From contig JAHRHZ010000061.1 in the NCBI GenBank assembly GCA_024137785.1, forward strand, positions 5,587,050-5,651,049: DNA of 64,000 bases, given 5' to 3'. This DNA is from Ginglymostoma cirratum (Eukaryota). Under the pieces are notes generated by a model. That model saw nothing but the letters and a program-made list of their open reading frames with translations. It did not search any database and had not been told where the DNA came from. Below, piece by piece: positions 25,814 to 37,660 of this stretch; the first letter of the stretch is position 1; every line of letters starts with the position of its first letter. Position numbers and translations under genes: made by a program.

Positions 25814-28580
25814 GGAGGTGGCATTGTGGTAATGTCACTGGATTAGTAATCAAGCGCACCAGGTAAATATTCTAGGAATATGAATTCAACTCCAAACATG
25901 TTCAAAAAAATCTGGATTTAAATATAACCTACTGGTAGCCATGTAATCATTGTTGATTGTCATTGCTCACTATTGCCCTTTAGGGAGGGAAATCTCCAAG
26001 TTTACTTGGTCTGGTCTACATGTAACTTCACACCCACAACACTGCGGTTGACTTTGAAATAGCCCAGCAAGCCATTCAGTGGTAAAACTGCGATGAAGTC
26101 TAAACAAAGGGATGAAACAGGAAGAACAACATGACATTGACCTAGGCATCAGACATGAAAACAGCAGATACATGACCATGTAAAGTCCTGCGTACCAATA
26201 TATGTTCATAGTTCCTTGAAAGTGAAGTCACAGGTAGACAGGATAATGAAGAAGGTGTTTGGTATGCTCGACTTTATTGGTTATTGCATTGATCATAGGA
26301 GTTGGGAGGTCATATTGCAGTAGTACATGACATTGATTGGGCCAATTTTGGAATACTGTCTGCAATTCTGGTCTCCCTGCTACTGGAAGGATATTGTGAA
26401 ATTTGAAAGGGTTCAGAAAAGATTTACAGGGATTTTGGCAGGATTGGAAGGTATGAGCTAAAGGGAGAGGATGAATAGGATGGGGCTATTTTCCCTGAAG
26501 TGTCAGAGGCTCAGGGGTGACCTTAAAGAAGTTTACAAATCATGAGGGGCATGGATGGGGTGAATAGCCGAGGAATTCCCCAGAGTAGAGCAGTCCAATA
26601 CTAGAGGGCCTAGGTTTAAGGTGAAAGGGGAAAGATTTAAAAGGAACCTAAGGGGCAACTTTTTCATGCAAAGGGTGGTGCGTGTACGGAATAAGCTGCC
26701 GGAGGAAGGGGTGAAGGCTGGTACAATTATGACATTTAAAAGGCATCTGGATGGGTATATGAATAGGAAAGGTTGAGAGGGATATGGGCTAAATGCTGGC
26801 AAGTGGGATTAGATTAATTTAGGATATCTGTTCGGCGTGGATGAGTTGGACTGAAAGGTCTGTTTCCATGCTGTACTGCTCTATGACTCTATATGAGGCT
26901 TGTGCCAAGATTGGGAGAACTACAGAACAATGTAACAGTCTGACATAGACATACTTACCAAATCATAGCTGAGCTGGCAGCACAGTGGTATATAGTCAGG
27001 GGAGAGCTGCCTTGGAATCCTCAACGTGGACTCTGGACCACTTTACCATTACATCAAGCCATAGGATCAAGCCTGGTTCAATGAAGTGTGCAGGAGGGCC
27101 TGCCAAGAGCAGCACCAGTAATACCTAAAAATGAGGCGTCCACCTGGCAAAACTACAGCATAGGACAACATGCACGCAGCGGTAGCATGCAATAGACAGG
27201 ATGAAGTGACCCGACAACCAATGGATTAGATGTAAGCTCTGCAGACCTGTCACGTCACCATGAATGGTGGTGAGCAACTAAACAATGGGCAGGAGGTAAA
27301 GGCTCCGCTAATATCTCCATCCTCAATGATCAGTGTAAAAGACAAGGCTGATGCACTTGCATCCATCTTCAGCCAGAAGTGATGAGCAGATAATCCATCT
27401 CAGCCTCCTCCTGTGGTCACCAGCAGCACAAACCAGTTTGATTCACTCTAGGCAATACCAAGAAATTGTGCTCCAGAACTTGCCACACCCTTATCAAAGC
27501 TGTCCCAGTACAGTTACAACACTGGCATCTACCCAGCAATGCAGCAAGTTGCCCAAGAATATATTGTATACAAAAAGCAAAACAAATTCAACTGGGCCAA
27601 TTACTACCCTATCAGTCTATATCATCAGGAAAGTGGCAGAAAGGTTCATTGACAGTAAGGGGAAACCTCTCTGTTGCTTGGAGTCAAACGTGGCACAAAA
27701 GAAGATGGTTGTGATTGTTGGAGATAAATCATTTCAGCCACAGGACATCATTGCAGGAGTTCCTCAGGGTAGTGTCTAAGGCCCAACCATCTTTAACTGC
27801 TTCATCAATTACCTTCCATCCATCATAAGATCAGAACGGGATATTAACTGATGATTGCACAATGTCCAGCACCACTCATGAGTCCTCATATACTGAAGCA
27901 ACAAGGCATGGCACTTTCCCCACAGAATTGTAAGGAAATGACCAACTCCAACAAGACAGAATCTAAACATTGTCCCTTAACGTTCAATAGCATTATCATC
28001 ACTGAATTCTCCCACTGTAGGCATCCTTGAGGTTACCATTAGCTAGAAACTAAACATAGTTACAAGAGCAGATCAGAGGCTAGAAATTCTCTCTTCCCCA
28101 CTGCCAGTCCCCAAAATCTACAAAACACAAGTCAGGATTGTGATGGAATACTCCCCATTTGCCCAGACAAATGCAACTCTCATAACACTGAAGAAGCTTG
28201 ATACCATCTAAGACAAAGTAGCCTGGCCGATTGGCATCCTGTCCTCCATCTTCAATATCACTCCCTTCATCATCAACATACTATGGCAGCAGTGTGTACT
28301 ACCCACAAGATGCGCTCCAGAAGCTCACCAAAGATCCTTCAATAGCACCTTCCAAACATGCAACCTCTTCCACCTAGAAGGACATAGGCAGCAGTTGCAT
28401 AGGAACACTATCATCTGTAAGCTCCCCTCCAAGTTGCACACCATTTTGATTTGGAACAATATACACCCGAAGGCAACAGTTCAAGAAGGCAGCTCAGCAT
28501 TATCTTCTCCAGGGCAATTAAGGTGGGCAATAAAAGCTGTCCTAGGCATCAACACTGACATCTTATGGATGAATAGAAAA
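25814..28580 (+). mobile_element. tRNA-headed CR1/Zenon-like LINE (APE+RT), internally deleted, interrupted by a CR1
   Basis: tRNA-like head 25814-25900, 5'UTR shared with 43380-43680, APE remnant, VPQGSV RT motif, 3' tail agggcaattaaggtgggcaataaa. Confidence 0.75.
26205..26893 (+). mobile_element. CR1 (HER1-like) 3' fragment nested in the tRNA-headed LINE
   Basis: ttggaatactgtctgcaattctggtctccc..., tail ctctatgactctat. Confidence 0.9.
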
Positions 28581-30119
28581 GAAATACTGAAACATTCCAG
28601 ATTTATATTGCGTAAGTGTTTTGTGCTTAAGTTAAAACTGTTCAGGATTAATTCTAATGTTAAAGAAACATTGTGTGCTAATTTGCATTAAGCATTGTCA
28701 GCTGTGGATTTCCAACTTTCTCATGTCCAAGCACTGGTACAATGTAACCCCACAACCTGAATGCACACTTCAAGGAAAGATGGAGAGATGTAATTAGGTT
28801 CCACTACCAAAGAGGTCCTTACAGTACAAATCAAATTTAAGCATGGACTTCTTGGACACTCACTTTAATGCTGCAGACTCCAGACCTTTCCCATTCTCAT
28901 TTCCAATCTCTGACCTCCATAACACCCAACGCTTTGCCGCTGGTCTTCCCTGATCCCAGTTGTACATCATGGCCCCTAACCTCATCTTCTACCAGTCTTA
29001 ACCCCCTACCTCCCCATTGCCCAAAGCCACATCCCTGACCTCTCCATGTCCAGTTCCAACCCCCAATCTCCCAACTTTGTTCAACAATGTCAAATAGATG
29101 ACCACAAATCTAGGGCTGGATTTGCTTCTCTGCTGATTTTTGTTTCCACCAAAACCAGTGGAAATCATATTGAGACAGATGGAAAGCTGAGGGCAGAAGA
29201 ACCTGCGTTGAGGTTCGTGCCTCCAACCAAATTCTTGTAAAAGATATCATGGTGGAACTGAAACAGCTCGTCCAATGCATGGACAGCTCAACTAGGGTGC
29301 TATTCTACAATCACCTTTAGGTCTCTATGTCCTGCATAACTTTCTTAATAATGAATGTTACAACAAATATTGGAAATTACAATGTAATCAATATTTCTAC
29401 TGCAAAAGACAAAGAGGGAAAGGAGGAAATGAAAGAGACCCCAGTTAATACGAAGTTAGTTTGGAAGATGATTTGAGAATTTTTAATTACAAACACCATA
29501 ATGGTCCTAAAGAAGCACACTCGTGGACCTCTCTATGTTTTGCTAGTGTCAATAAGCTTGTCAAATCGTATCTGCCTTCACAACTATATCTTCACATTTG
29601 TCCTCAAATCCAAATGTCTCACGTTTCCTCTCATCAATATATATTTCAATGAAACTTCAATGATTTAAGCCCACCATTCCAAATGTGTCTCTCTATCCTA
29701 AAGCAATGTTTGCAGCTCAGTGCCTTCCCTCAGTGAGACTGTAAGTTTCATGTTCTCCACTTCCTCATTTCCAGATCTTTCTAAATGCCATCAAAATGGA
29801 ATGAGCAATTATATTATTGCGTTGTTGGTTCTCAGAGGGAATGTGATGACACACCTATGGATAATGCTGCATTCTTCTGTGTGAGAAGATGCTTATATCA
29901 GAAACTCATTCTTAACCAGCTGTTACTTCATTTCAGCAGTTGTATTGTGACATTTAGTTGAAAATGTTCAGAATCAAGGCTGGTTATTTGTTTCAGGTCA
30001 ATTTTCCCTTGGTTGTCTCTAACTTAAAATCAGCTGTGGAAACAAGGGAAAAGGAAGAAAGATTTTGTATTAAATCAGCAGCAGCAATCATTTCCCAATG
30101 AGTGTGATTGTCCACCTAG

Positions 30120-30700
30120 GAAATTCTGTATCACTGGCCATAGGTTCTGTGGATCCTTGTGAGACTGATGAGCCCGATCCTAGAGCCACATCTCCAATCA
30201 TACACTTGGCAGGTATTTCCAGGAGGTGGAATTGGTCCTTTGGCCTCGAGATCATTGGTGTCCCTTTCTCTGGTTCCTTTTCTTCTCTTGTCAACAGGTG
30301 TTGTCAAAGAACTGTGTCCATTCATACAGGAGCTTCCTCTAAGTGTTTTCTTCTGAATACATCTCCCATGCGTTGACATCTGTCTTCATGGGAAGTCTTC
30401 ATGCAGTCTTCGGAATGCACCTTTAGTCTTCCTCTCATTCAAGTGCCTTCCTTGAACTGAGAGATTTGCTTTGGCAATCAAAACTTGCCATCCTAAGCAT
30501 GTGGCTGGCACAGAACAGTTGGTTTTGGATGATCCCTGTATAAAAGGCAAACATTCTTCTGGCACTTCTTTATGGCTCCAAAACTTAGACTACAACTTAA
30601 TGCTACCTGAAGGGCCTTGGACAGTAACATCAAAACTATTTGAGAAGGATTGTCTTCATCAACTGGGAGGACAAGCATACTATCAGTGTCCTTGAAGCAA
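30120..30700 (-). mobile_element. RTE-clade LINE 3' fragment
   Basis: ASHMLRM..LPKQI..KEG..RGR, and C-terminal TCQVYDWRCGSRIGLISLTRIH (RTE zinc-finger-like C..C.R.C.SRIGL.SH). Confidence 0.75.
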
Positions 30701-32593
30701 CAAACTGTATTTAAATATTGTAGTGCTAAATAAGCAAAGTGCATTTTCTCTTGGTTGTCATTTTCCCCAACTCTGTCCCGTCTCCTAGGCTAGAAGAATA
30801 GACATTGGGGTGGAAAATCTGAAACTCAGAGTTAAGACCATCAAAACGGTCATAAATTATGTTGAGACTCAAACATGCTGGTTTGACACTGCAACTTCAG
30901 GCCAATCTGTTGAGGCGAATAGTCAGAATTGAGTTTTCCCTATGTCTCAAGTTCTAATGTGTGACCATGGTCAAAACTGTCTTTACTTTCTCCTATGAAC
31001 TCCTTACAAGGACATACACAGGAGGTTGCTTTATGGTGATTTTGGAGGAGACCCCGTACAAGTGTACGTGCTCCCCTCAACCAGACCCCACACACTTTTA
31101 TCACCCTGAGTTGTCCATTCTTTCCAATCTTATGTGCAGGTGAGTGTCCTGAATGCAGACCCTGCTAACATATTAGTGCCCATGATTGGATATCTGGCAG
31201 AATGAAAGGTACCACTGGCCTGGTTTAAAAAAAAGTATGTACAATGGCTAGGACAAAGAAAGTGGGAACAAACCATTAGCAGCTTATAGGAACATGCAAT
31301 TGAATTTACACTGGCAAGATGCCAATTCCTGCTATTGTTATTATTTTTGCGAGTACAATTTTAACATAAATGGATTAAACAAAATTTTAACAGATGTCCC
31401 CTGTTGTAATCCAATGAATGAACAACCCACCTCTGCCTTGCTTAATCCATCTGCTGTGAAGGAAGCAAATACTTCTGAACTAAAATTTAATTGTACTAAC
31501 TTAGAAGTATTAGCGTTTTTACAGGAAGTAATCAATTTTGTTATGCCTTATACAAAACAAAAGTTTTCCTGTATTACTCTGCAGAAACCTATGGCTTAAT
31601 GGTAGACAATAATGAGAAACTGTTAGACCATATCTTTAGAAACGTTAATGGAAAATGCCAGAAATTGTCAGCAGTGGTTTCAAAATTTGCTGAGAAAGAA
31701 AGAGTTATTATTTAATTTTGACAATGAAAATGTCATGGGTCTGAATCATTCCCTATCTTCTTCTCTGCAGATGCTGTCAGACTTATTGTTTCTATTTCAG
31801 ATTTCTAGCATCTGCAGTATTTTCCTTATGTCTTTCCAAATATTACTGTGTTCACTTACAATAATATGACACAGAGATTTCAGAACATGATTGTTCGAGA
31901 TCTCATACTATGTGTTTCTCCCAAATCAGCCTGTGTAAATTTTCTTCTGTCTTAATATCGTTAATCATGTTGTGCTACGATGCTTAGCAAGCTTTTCCAT
32001 GAGAGCGGCTTGAAAATAAAATCCATCCTTATCCAGATGTGCATTTTCCAGCAGCAGCAATTTGTGGAAATGGCAATGAAGAATGAGGATTAAGGCTGAT
32101 TTCTCTGCTGTAGCAAGAGGGTAGTGAGGCCAGTTCACCCATGCCCTCCCATTCACATTCAAAACCCATTAGAGAACTCCCCACCGTCAGACTAGCATTG
32201 AGGTCAAGAATATTTGCATCGTGTCCTTGAATTTTCTTTTGGTATCACTGAACTCATTTGTCCCATAATGTTGACCTTTGAATGTAAATAAAAGCAATAA
32301 ACAGAAATATTGTAGTTTCTGTTGTCCAAGGAAAATTCAGGTACAACCCAACTGCAGGAAACATCTTGGACCCATTCCCAAAGTGTTAGAGATAGTGGTA
32401 AAGTCAATAACTGTGTCAAGGGAGGGGATGTAGTTGAGAGAGGCTGGAAGAGAGTCAAAGGAGGGAACAGACAGCAAGCATGTCCATCCTGGGAAGTGTG
32501 TCCAGCAGGCAGGCTGCATTGTGGGATGAGCGGAAGCGGAGGAAGTGGTTGACCAGTCAGTGAATGTGGTTGAGAACTGGCTGTAAACGCTGC

Positions 32594-32633
<40 letters not shown>

Positions 32634-32634
32634 T
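32594..32634 (+). repeat. compound microsatellite (GA)n(GACA)n in the probable DCBLD2 5'UTR
   Basis: agagagagagagagacagacagacagacagacagacagac. Confidence 0.9.
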
Positions 32635-32683
32635 GAGAAAGACTGGGAGCCGGAGTGCGATCGTTCAGTAGCTCCGCCACATT

Positions 32684-32725
32684 ATGCCTTCCCTTCTCAT
32701 CTCGGCATGGAGGCTGGGACGCTGA
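32684..32725 (+). promoter_or_regulatory. out-of-frame overlapping uORF (MPSLLISAWRLGR*)
   Basis: ATG at 32684, 23 nt upstream of the main ATG; TGA at 32723-32725 lies inside the main CDS. Confidence 0.55.
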
Positions 32726-32800
32726 GAGGAAAAGCCATCAGAAAGCTCGGCATCTTTTTCTACTTTCTTACAGCATTAAGCAGAGCGATCGGACAGAAAG
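32707..32800 (+). CDS. DCBLD2: DCBLD2 coding exon 1 (signal peptide, MEAGTLRGKAIRKLGIFFYFLTALSRAIGQK-G)
   Basis: ATG in good context (ggcATGg) in a CpG-rich region; basic n-region, hydrophobic core and A-I-G cleavage-like site. Donor AAG|GTGGGT at 32800/32801 is phase 1 and joins exon 2 in frame to give ...GQKGDGCGHT (human ...GAQQGDGCGHT). In-frame upstream stop TAA at 32584. Confidence 0.85.
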
Positions 32801-33869
32801 GTGGGTCAGAGAGACGCTGGCGGCGGCGGCAAACTCTGGGGTTTTCTCTCTCTCTCTCCCCCGCCCCCCCAATAAGTTTCTCTCTCGGTGAGGAGAGGGG
32901 CTAGGTCCGAGCTTCTGATGGCTCTTCTTGAGTTGGTCTGTGCTCTTTACGAAATGTTTAGCTTTTTTGTTTCACTTTTCTGTCTCCCCCCCCCCAGGCC
33001 ATGAAACAGCGAAGTGAAGGTTTTCTGGAGTAGTTCAGAGATTGAGCAGAAAGCTGGGGATGGGGGATGGGTTCCCATCAGGTTTCTGGTGAATGTTTTA
33101 AAGAGGCAGGTTTTTTCATATATGGCCTACAGACTAATCCCCCTTTTATAGTTGTTAAGTCTTGTTCTTAATTATAACATAAATGCTGAAGCCAGTTGCT
33201 TTTTGAAGTTGCAGTGTTTCAAAGTTTGCAGTTGTCTTTTTTTTATTTAATGGTTCATTCGCGTTACTTTCTGAACTTTAATTTGCAGTTGTGTTGGTAG
33301 GAGATGTGTATCCTTTCTCAGTTCAACCCCATTCTAAACTGAAATAATTTTCAAATTGATTTGGTAACATGGAGAGGAGGTGTAAATATATATTTCCTTG
33401 TTGCATACAAATAAATCCTTTTAATGTGTTTAAATTTATTGCACTGTCAAGAATATACAACTCATGTACAGATGTTGCCAATCTTCTTTTGTTTGAGTTC
33501 TGTCATGAATAAGGGTTCAGGTTAAGTTTAGATGCAGTGGTTGTAGGTACATGTAGGTTGTTCCGTTCTTTAGAACTAGACTCCTTGGCAATGGGTTGCT
33601 AATCATTGACAATGTTATATCAGCAGACACAAACAAGACACTATTTATCATCGCAATTCTCAAAAAGTAAAAATAACCCATTTCTCAAAGATGAAAAGTC
33701 ATCATGTGTTGTAGACGGTTTCTTGAGTTAATTGAAATATCAAAAAGGGTGAAGGTTTGATATTTGCCTTCATGACTATGACTAATTTAAGTTTTGCACT
33801 GCTCCCATTTCTCCTGTTTAATCCAAGACGTCCAAGCTTTCCTCTAGTCTCTGATCCTTTACACACATG

Positions 33870-34320
33870 TGGGCATTAGCTGTGGTTTAGTAGTAGCGTT
33901 GCCACTTCTGAGACTGAACACCCTTGGGTTTAAATTTCACTCCAGAGAGTTGAAGACAAAATCTAGGCTGACAAATTGAGTGCATCCCTGAGGGAATGCT
34001 GCACTGTTGGAGGTGTTGTGTTGCAAATGGAACGTTAAATCAAGAACCCCGTCAGCTGCTTTGGGCACTCATTTAAAAAAAAATCCATGGTATTCTGCAA
34101 AGAACAGCCATGGGATAGTCTCTGAAGGAGTTCTGGCCAATGTTTGCCTCTGAGTCAGCACCATCAGTACGGATTATCTGATTATCATTATTACTATTTG
34201 CTATGTACAAATTGACAGCTGCACTTCCTACAGTACAGCAGTGACTACACTGATGGCTTCAGAGCACCTTAGAATGTCCCTGGGGTTTAATATGTCTTAT
34301 CTGAATGCAAATTTTTTTTA
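33870..34320 (+). mobile_element. DeuSINE (SacSINE1/AmnSINE1-like) in DCBLD2 intron 1
   Basis: aaaatctaggctgaca..ctgagggaatgctgcactgttggaggtg..aaatccatgg..ctggccaa..cagtgactacac. Confidence 0.75.
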
Positions 34321-35659
34321 ATAGCGTCACCAGTATTCTACTTTAACGGCAGGTGCTTTTTTGATATTGTTAATCATTCCAGATTCACATGCTTCTCTTT
34401 CACCCTCTCAGTTGTGACACTGATAAGGGGCTGCACTTCAAAATACCATCTATGTCCTCAACTATCTCTCTCTTCATACTATGGAACCATGGATCATCTT
34501 CCACCTCCACCCACTGCCTCCCAGCCCCAGCCCCATCTACTACCACCATTTCAGCCAGTGCAGTAAGCCAGAGCCAATACAACTGCTATATCCTTGTTAA
34601 ACTGATCATGCCACAATCCACAGTAAATGTAAGTTCTCTCATGTTGCCTTCCCTGTTTGTAACTCTTTGCAATTAGTGTTAAGGTTAGCCTGTACCACTT
34701 ACAGTATGACTGTATTCCAGTGCCAGATTACAATGTAACAACCTGAGCTTTCATGAGCATGTGCTTTACAACTGAAACTCAAGAACCCTTGAAATTCAAC
34801 TGAAACTGTCCCATTTAGCTGAAAGTCTCGAGTGGCACTTTGTTTTTGTACTGGACTTTGTGACCGAGAGGCAACTGGAACCACTAATTCAGAATGCTTT
34901 GCTGAAAGCTTACTCACTGTCCCGATGCCAGCGAAGTATCAAACTGTCACCCACTTTCTGCAAATAATTTCCTCTCAAAATAAACTTGACTTTTCAAATA
35001 AAAATGCAAAACTATTGCAGAATGTTTGTGCAGAGCCGCTACTGTTAAAATGCAGATCCAGGATTATAAACCTAGTAAATGTTAAAATCAGCCTGATCTA
35101 TATTGTCAAGATCAGATCCATATTGATCTGCTGCCCCCAACACAATGCAGATCAAATTTGAGGTGTTCAGAAATGCATGTATGCAAGCTGCTGTGTACAC
35201 AATCCTTGAAGACTCATCAACAATTTCTGACTATACTGAAAATTGAGGAAATGACTCATAGCATTCCAATGTATTCGATACTTTTAGCAATCTATACATG
35301 AAATACGTTTACCACAAAGTTCCTGGAACTAGTCATCCATCAGTGTCTGTCATTAGTTAGACATCCCAAAGACAATTTTTAATTTCTGTGATAATTTATC
35401 TTGCCAGCTGTTGGAAGTATATGATGGAAACAGTATGGCAACATCTACAGGGCATTTAGGATCAAAATGAAGTGGGCAAACAACTTTATATCTCCCTAGT
35501 AAATCAGATTGTAGGATTGTGAAATGAACAGAGCAGGGCCTGAACGTGAAAGTGTAAATTATGGTTGCAAAAATGCGGGGATAGAAAAAGATTCTCTCTC
35601 TCTCTCTCTCAATCAAAAGTGAAAAATTTATTACTATGAACTCCAGCAATTTCAACCTA

Positions 35660-36215
35660 AATTAGTGTGGTTACACACCATTTTGCTGTTTTGGGCCCCT
35701 GACCTAATGAAAGGTAGGGGTTCTTACCATTGAAGGAGTATAGCAAGGGTGCACCAGGCTGATTCCTGCAATGACATGTTTTCCATATGGGGAGAGATTG
35801 AGTCAATTGAGCCGATATTTACAGGAGTTTAGAAGAATGAGTGGGGGTCTCATTGAAATATAAAGTTCTGACAGGGCTGGACAGACTGCTTGCAGGGATG
35901 TTTTTACCCCTGGGTGAGTCTTCCAGAGCAAGGGGCCATAGTTTCAGGAGATTAAATAGGTCATTTGGACTGAGATGTGGAGAAATTTATTTGCTCGATG
36001 GGTGGTGAACCCATAGAATTTTGTACCTCAGGAGGCTGTGAAGGTCATGACACTGAATATATATAATAAGAAAGAAATAGATTTCTCAAGGCTGAAGGTG
36101 GCAAGATGTATGAGGGAGAAAGCAGGACAGTGGTGTTGAGATAGAGAATCAGCCGTGATGATGTTGAAAGGCAGAGCAGGCTCGATTGACTTGCTCCTCC
36201 TCCTAATTTCTATTT
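35660..36215 (+). mobile_element. CR1 3' fragment
   Basis: ggagtttagaagaatgagtgggggtctcattgaa.. CR1 3' region. Confidence 0.8.
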
Positions 36216-36217
36216 GA

Positions 36218-36990
36218 CAGAGTCATGGAGATGTACAGCACTGAAACAGATCCTTCGTCCAACTTGTCTATGCCGACCAGGTATCCTAAATAAATCTAGT
36301 CCCATTTGCAGGCATTTGGCCCATATCCCTCTAACCCCTTCCTATTCATATACCCATCCATTTTAAATATTGTAATTGTACGAGTCTTGAGCACCTCCTC
36401 TGGCATCTCGTTCCATACGCGCACACCCTCTGTGTGAAAATGTTACCGGTAAGGTCCCTTTTAAATCTTTACCCTCTCACTTTAAATCTATGCCCTCTAG
36501 TTTCCCCCCCCCCCCCGAGAAAAGACCTTAGCTATTCACCCTATCCATGCTCCTCATGATTTTATAAACGTCTATAAGGTCACTCCTCAGCCTCCGATGC
36601 TCCAGGGAAAATAGCCCGATCCTATCCAGCCTCTCCCTAGAGCTCAAACCCTCCGACCCTGGCAACATCCTTGTAAATCTTTTCTGAACCTTTTCAAGTT
36701 TCACAACATCCTTCCTATAGCAGGGAGACCAGTATAGCAAGCAGTATTCCAAAAGTGGCCTAACCAATGTCCTGTACAGCCGCAACGTGACCTCCCAACT
36801 CCTATAGTCAGTGTACTGACCAATAAAGGCAAGTGTACCAAACGCTTTCTTCACTACTCTGTCTACCTGGGACTCCACTTTGAAGGAACTATGAACCTGC
36901 ACTCCAAGTTCTCTGTTTAGTAACACTCTCCAGGACCTAACCATTAAGTGTATAAGTCCTGCCCTGATTTGCCCTACCAAAATGCAGCAT
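36218..36990 (-). mobile_element. CR1 (HER1-like) 3' fragment, relatively young
   Basis: ORF 36528-36980 (VKKAFGTLAFI..LYRTLVRPLLEYC..WSP..LEKVQKRFTRMLPG). Confidence 0.95.
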
Positions 36991-37509
36991 GCAAGAATTA
37001 ATTTCCTGTCAGGGAGATGGGTTGAAAATAATTAAGACTTATCAGGTAATCAAAAGGTTGCTTAGACTTAAATGACATGAATGATCTGGCTGTGAATAAT
37101 TTGCTGTGCAAGGGTAGCAGCTTCACACTGTTCAAGCATTTGATTGGGCAGCTAGACCACACGATTCTCTTAGTGAAGCAAGTATGGAGCACCACATCAT
37201 GGGCTGCAATTTTTCAATTTCCATGTTTAATTGCTCATTTGCTGTTGCCTGAAGTTACGGTGATGTTTGTGGTTAACTAGTTGTGAGTACACATGGCCTT
37301 GTCATTATTTTAACAGCAGGGTTTGGACCATAATTACATACATTCACCACTGATCTCCTCAGCACAGTTTAACCAGTCTCCCCGACACAAAATTAATTCT
37401 TACATGCTGCATTATGGTGTGCAAATCAGGGCAGGACTTATGCACTTAATGGGGAGAGTTCCTGAACAAAGAGACCTTCGAGTGCAGGTTCACCGTTATA
37501 ATACTTTTT

Positions 37510-37660
37510 CAAACGAAGAAACAGTCTTGAGGAAGGGGCACTGGACCTGAAATGTTAAAACTCAGCTTTCTCTCCACAGATGTTGCCAGACCTGCTAAGT
37601 TTTTCCAGCAACTTCTGCTTTTGTTCCTGATCTCCAGCATCTGCAGTTCTTTGGGTTTTT
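37510..37660 (+). mobile_element. Penelope pLTR fragment with decayed hammerhead core
   Basis: ttgaggaaggggcactggacctgaaatgtt..ctccacagatgttgccagacctgct. Confidence 0.7.

Larger units (their letters stand above)
32500..32920 (+). promoter_or_regulatory. CpG-enriched promoter / 5'UTR / first-exon region of DCBLD2 with tandem ETS-like GGAA sites
   Basis: Local CpG enrichment against a CpG-poor background; CGGAAGCGGAGGAAGTG at ~32531-32547 upstream of the ATG. Confidence 0.65.

Noticed and set aside
32204-32680. 158-aa minus-strand ORF at the promoter
   Set aside because: Low-complexity translation through a microsatellite, no recognisable domain.
32801-32904. Continuation of ORF 32707-32904 beyond 32800
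   Set aside because: Read-through into intron 1; the splice donor at 32801 gives the correct DCBLD2 frame.
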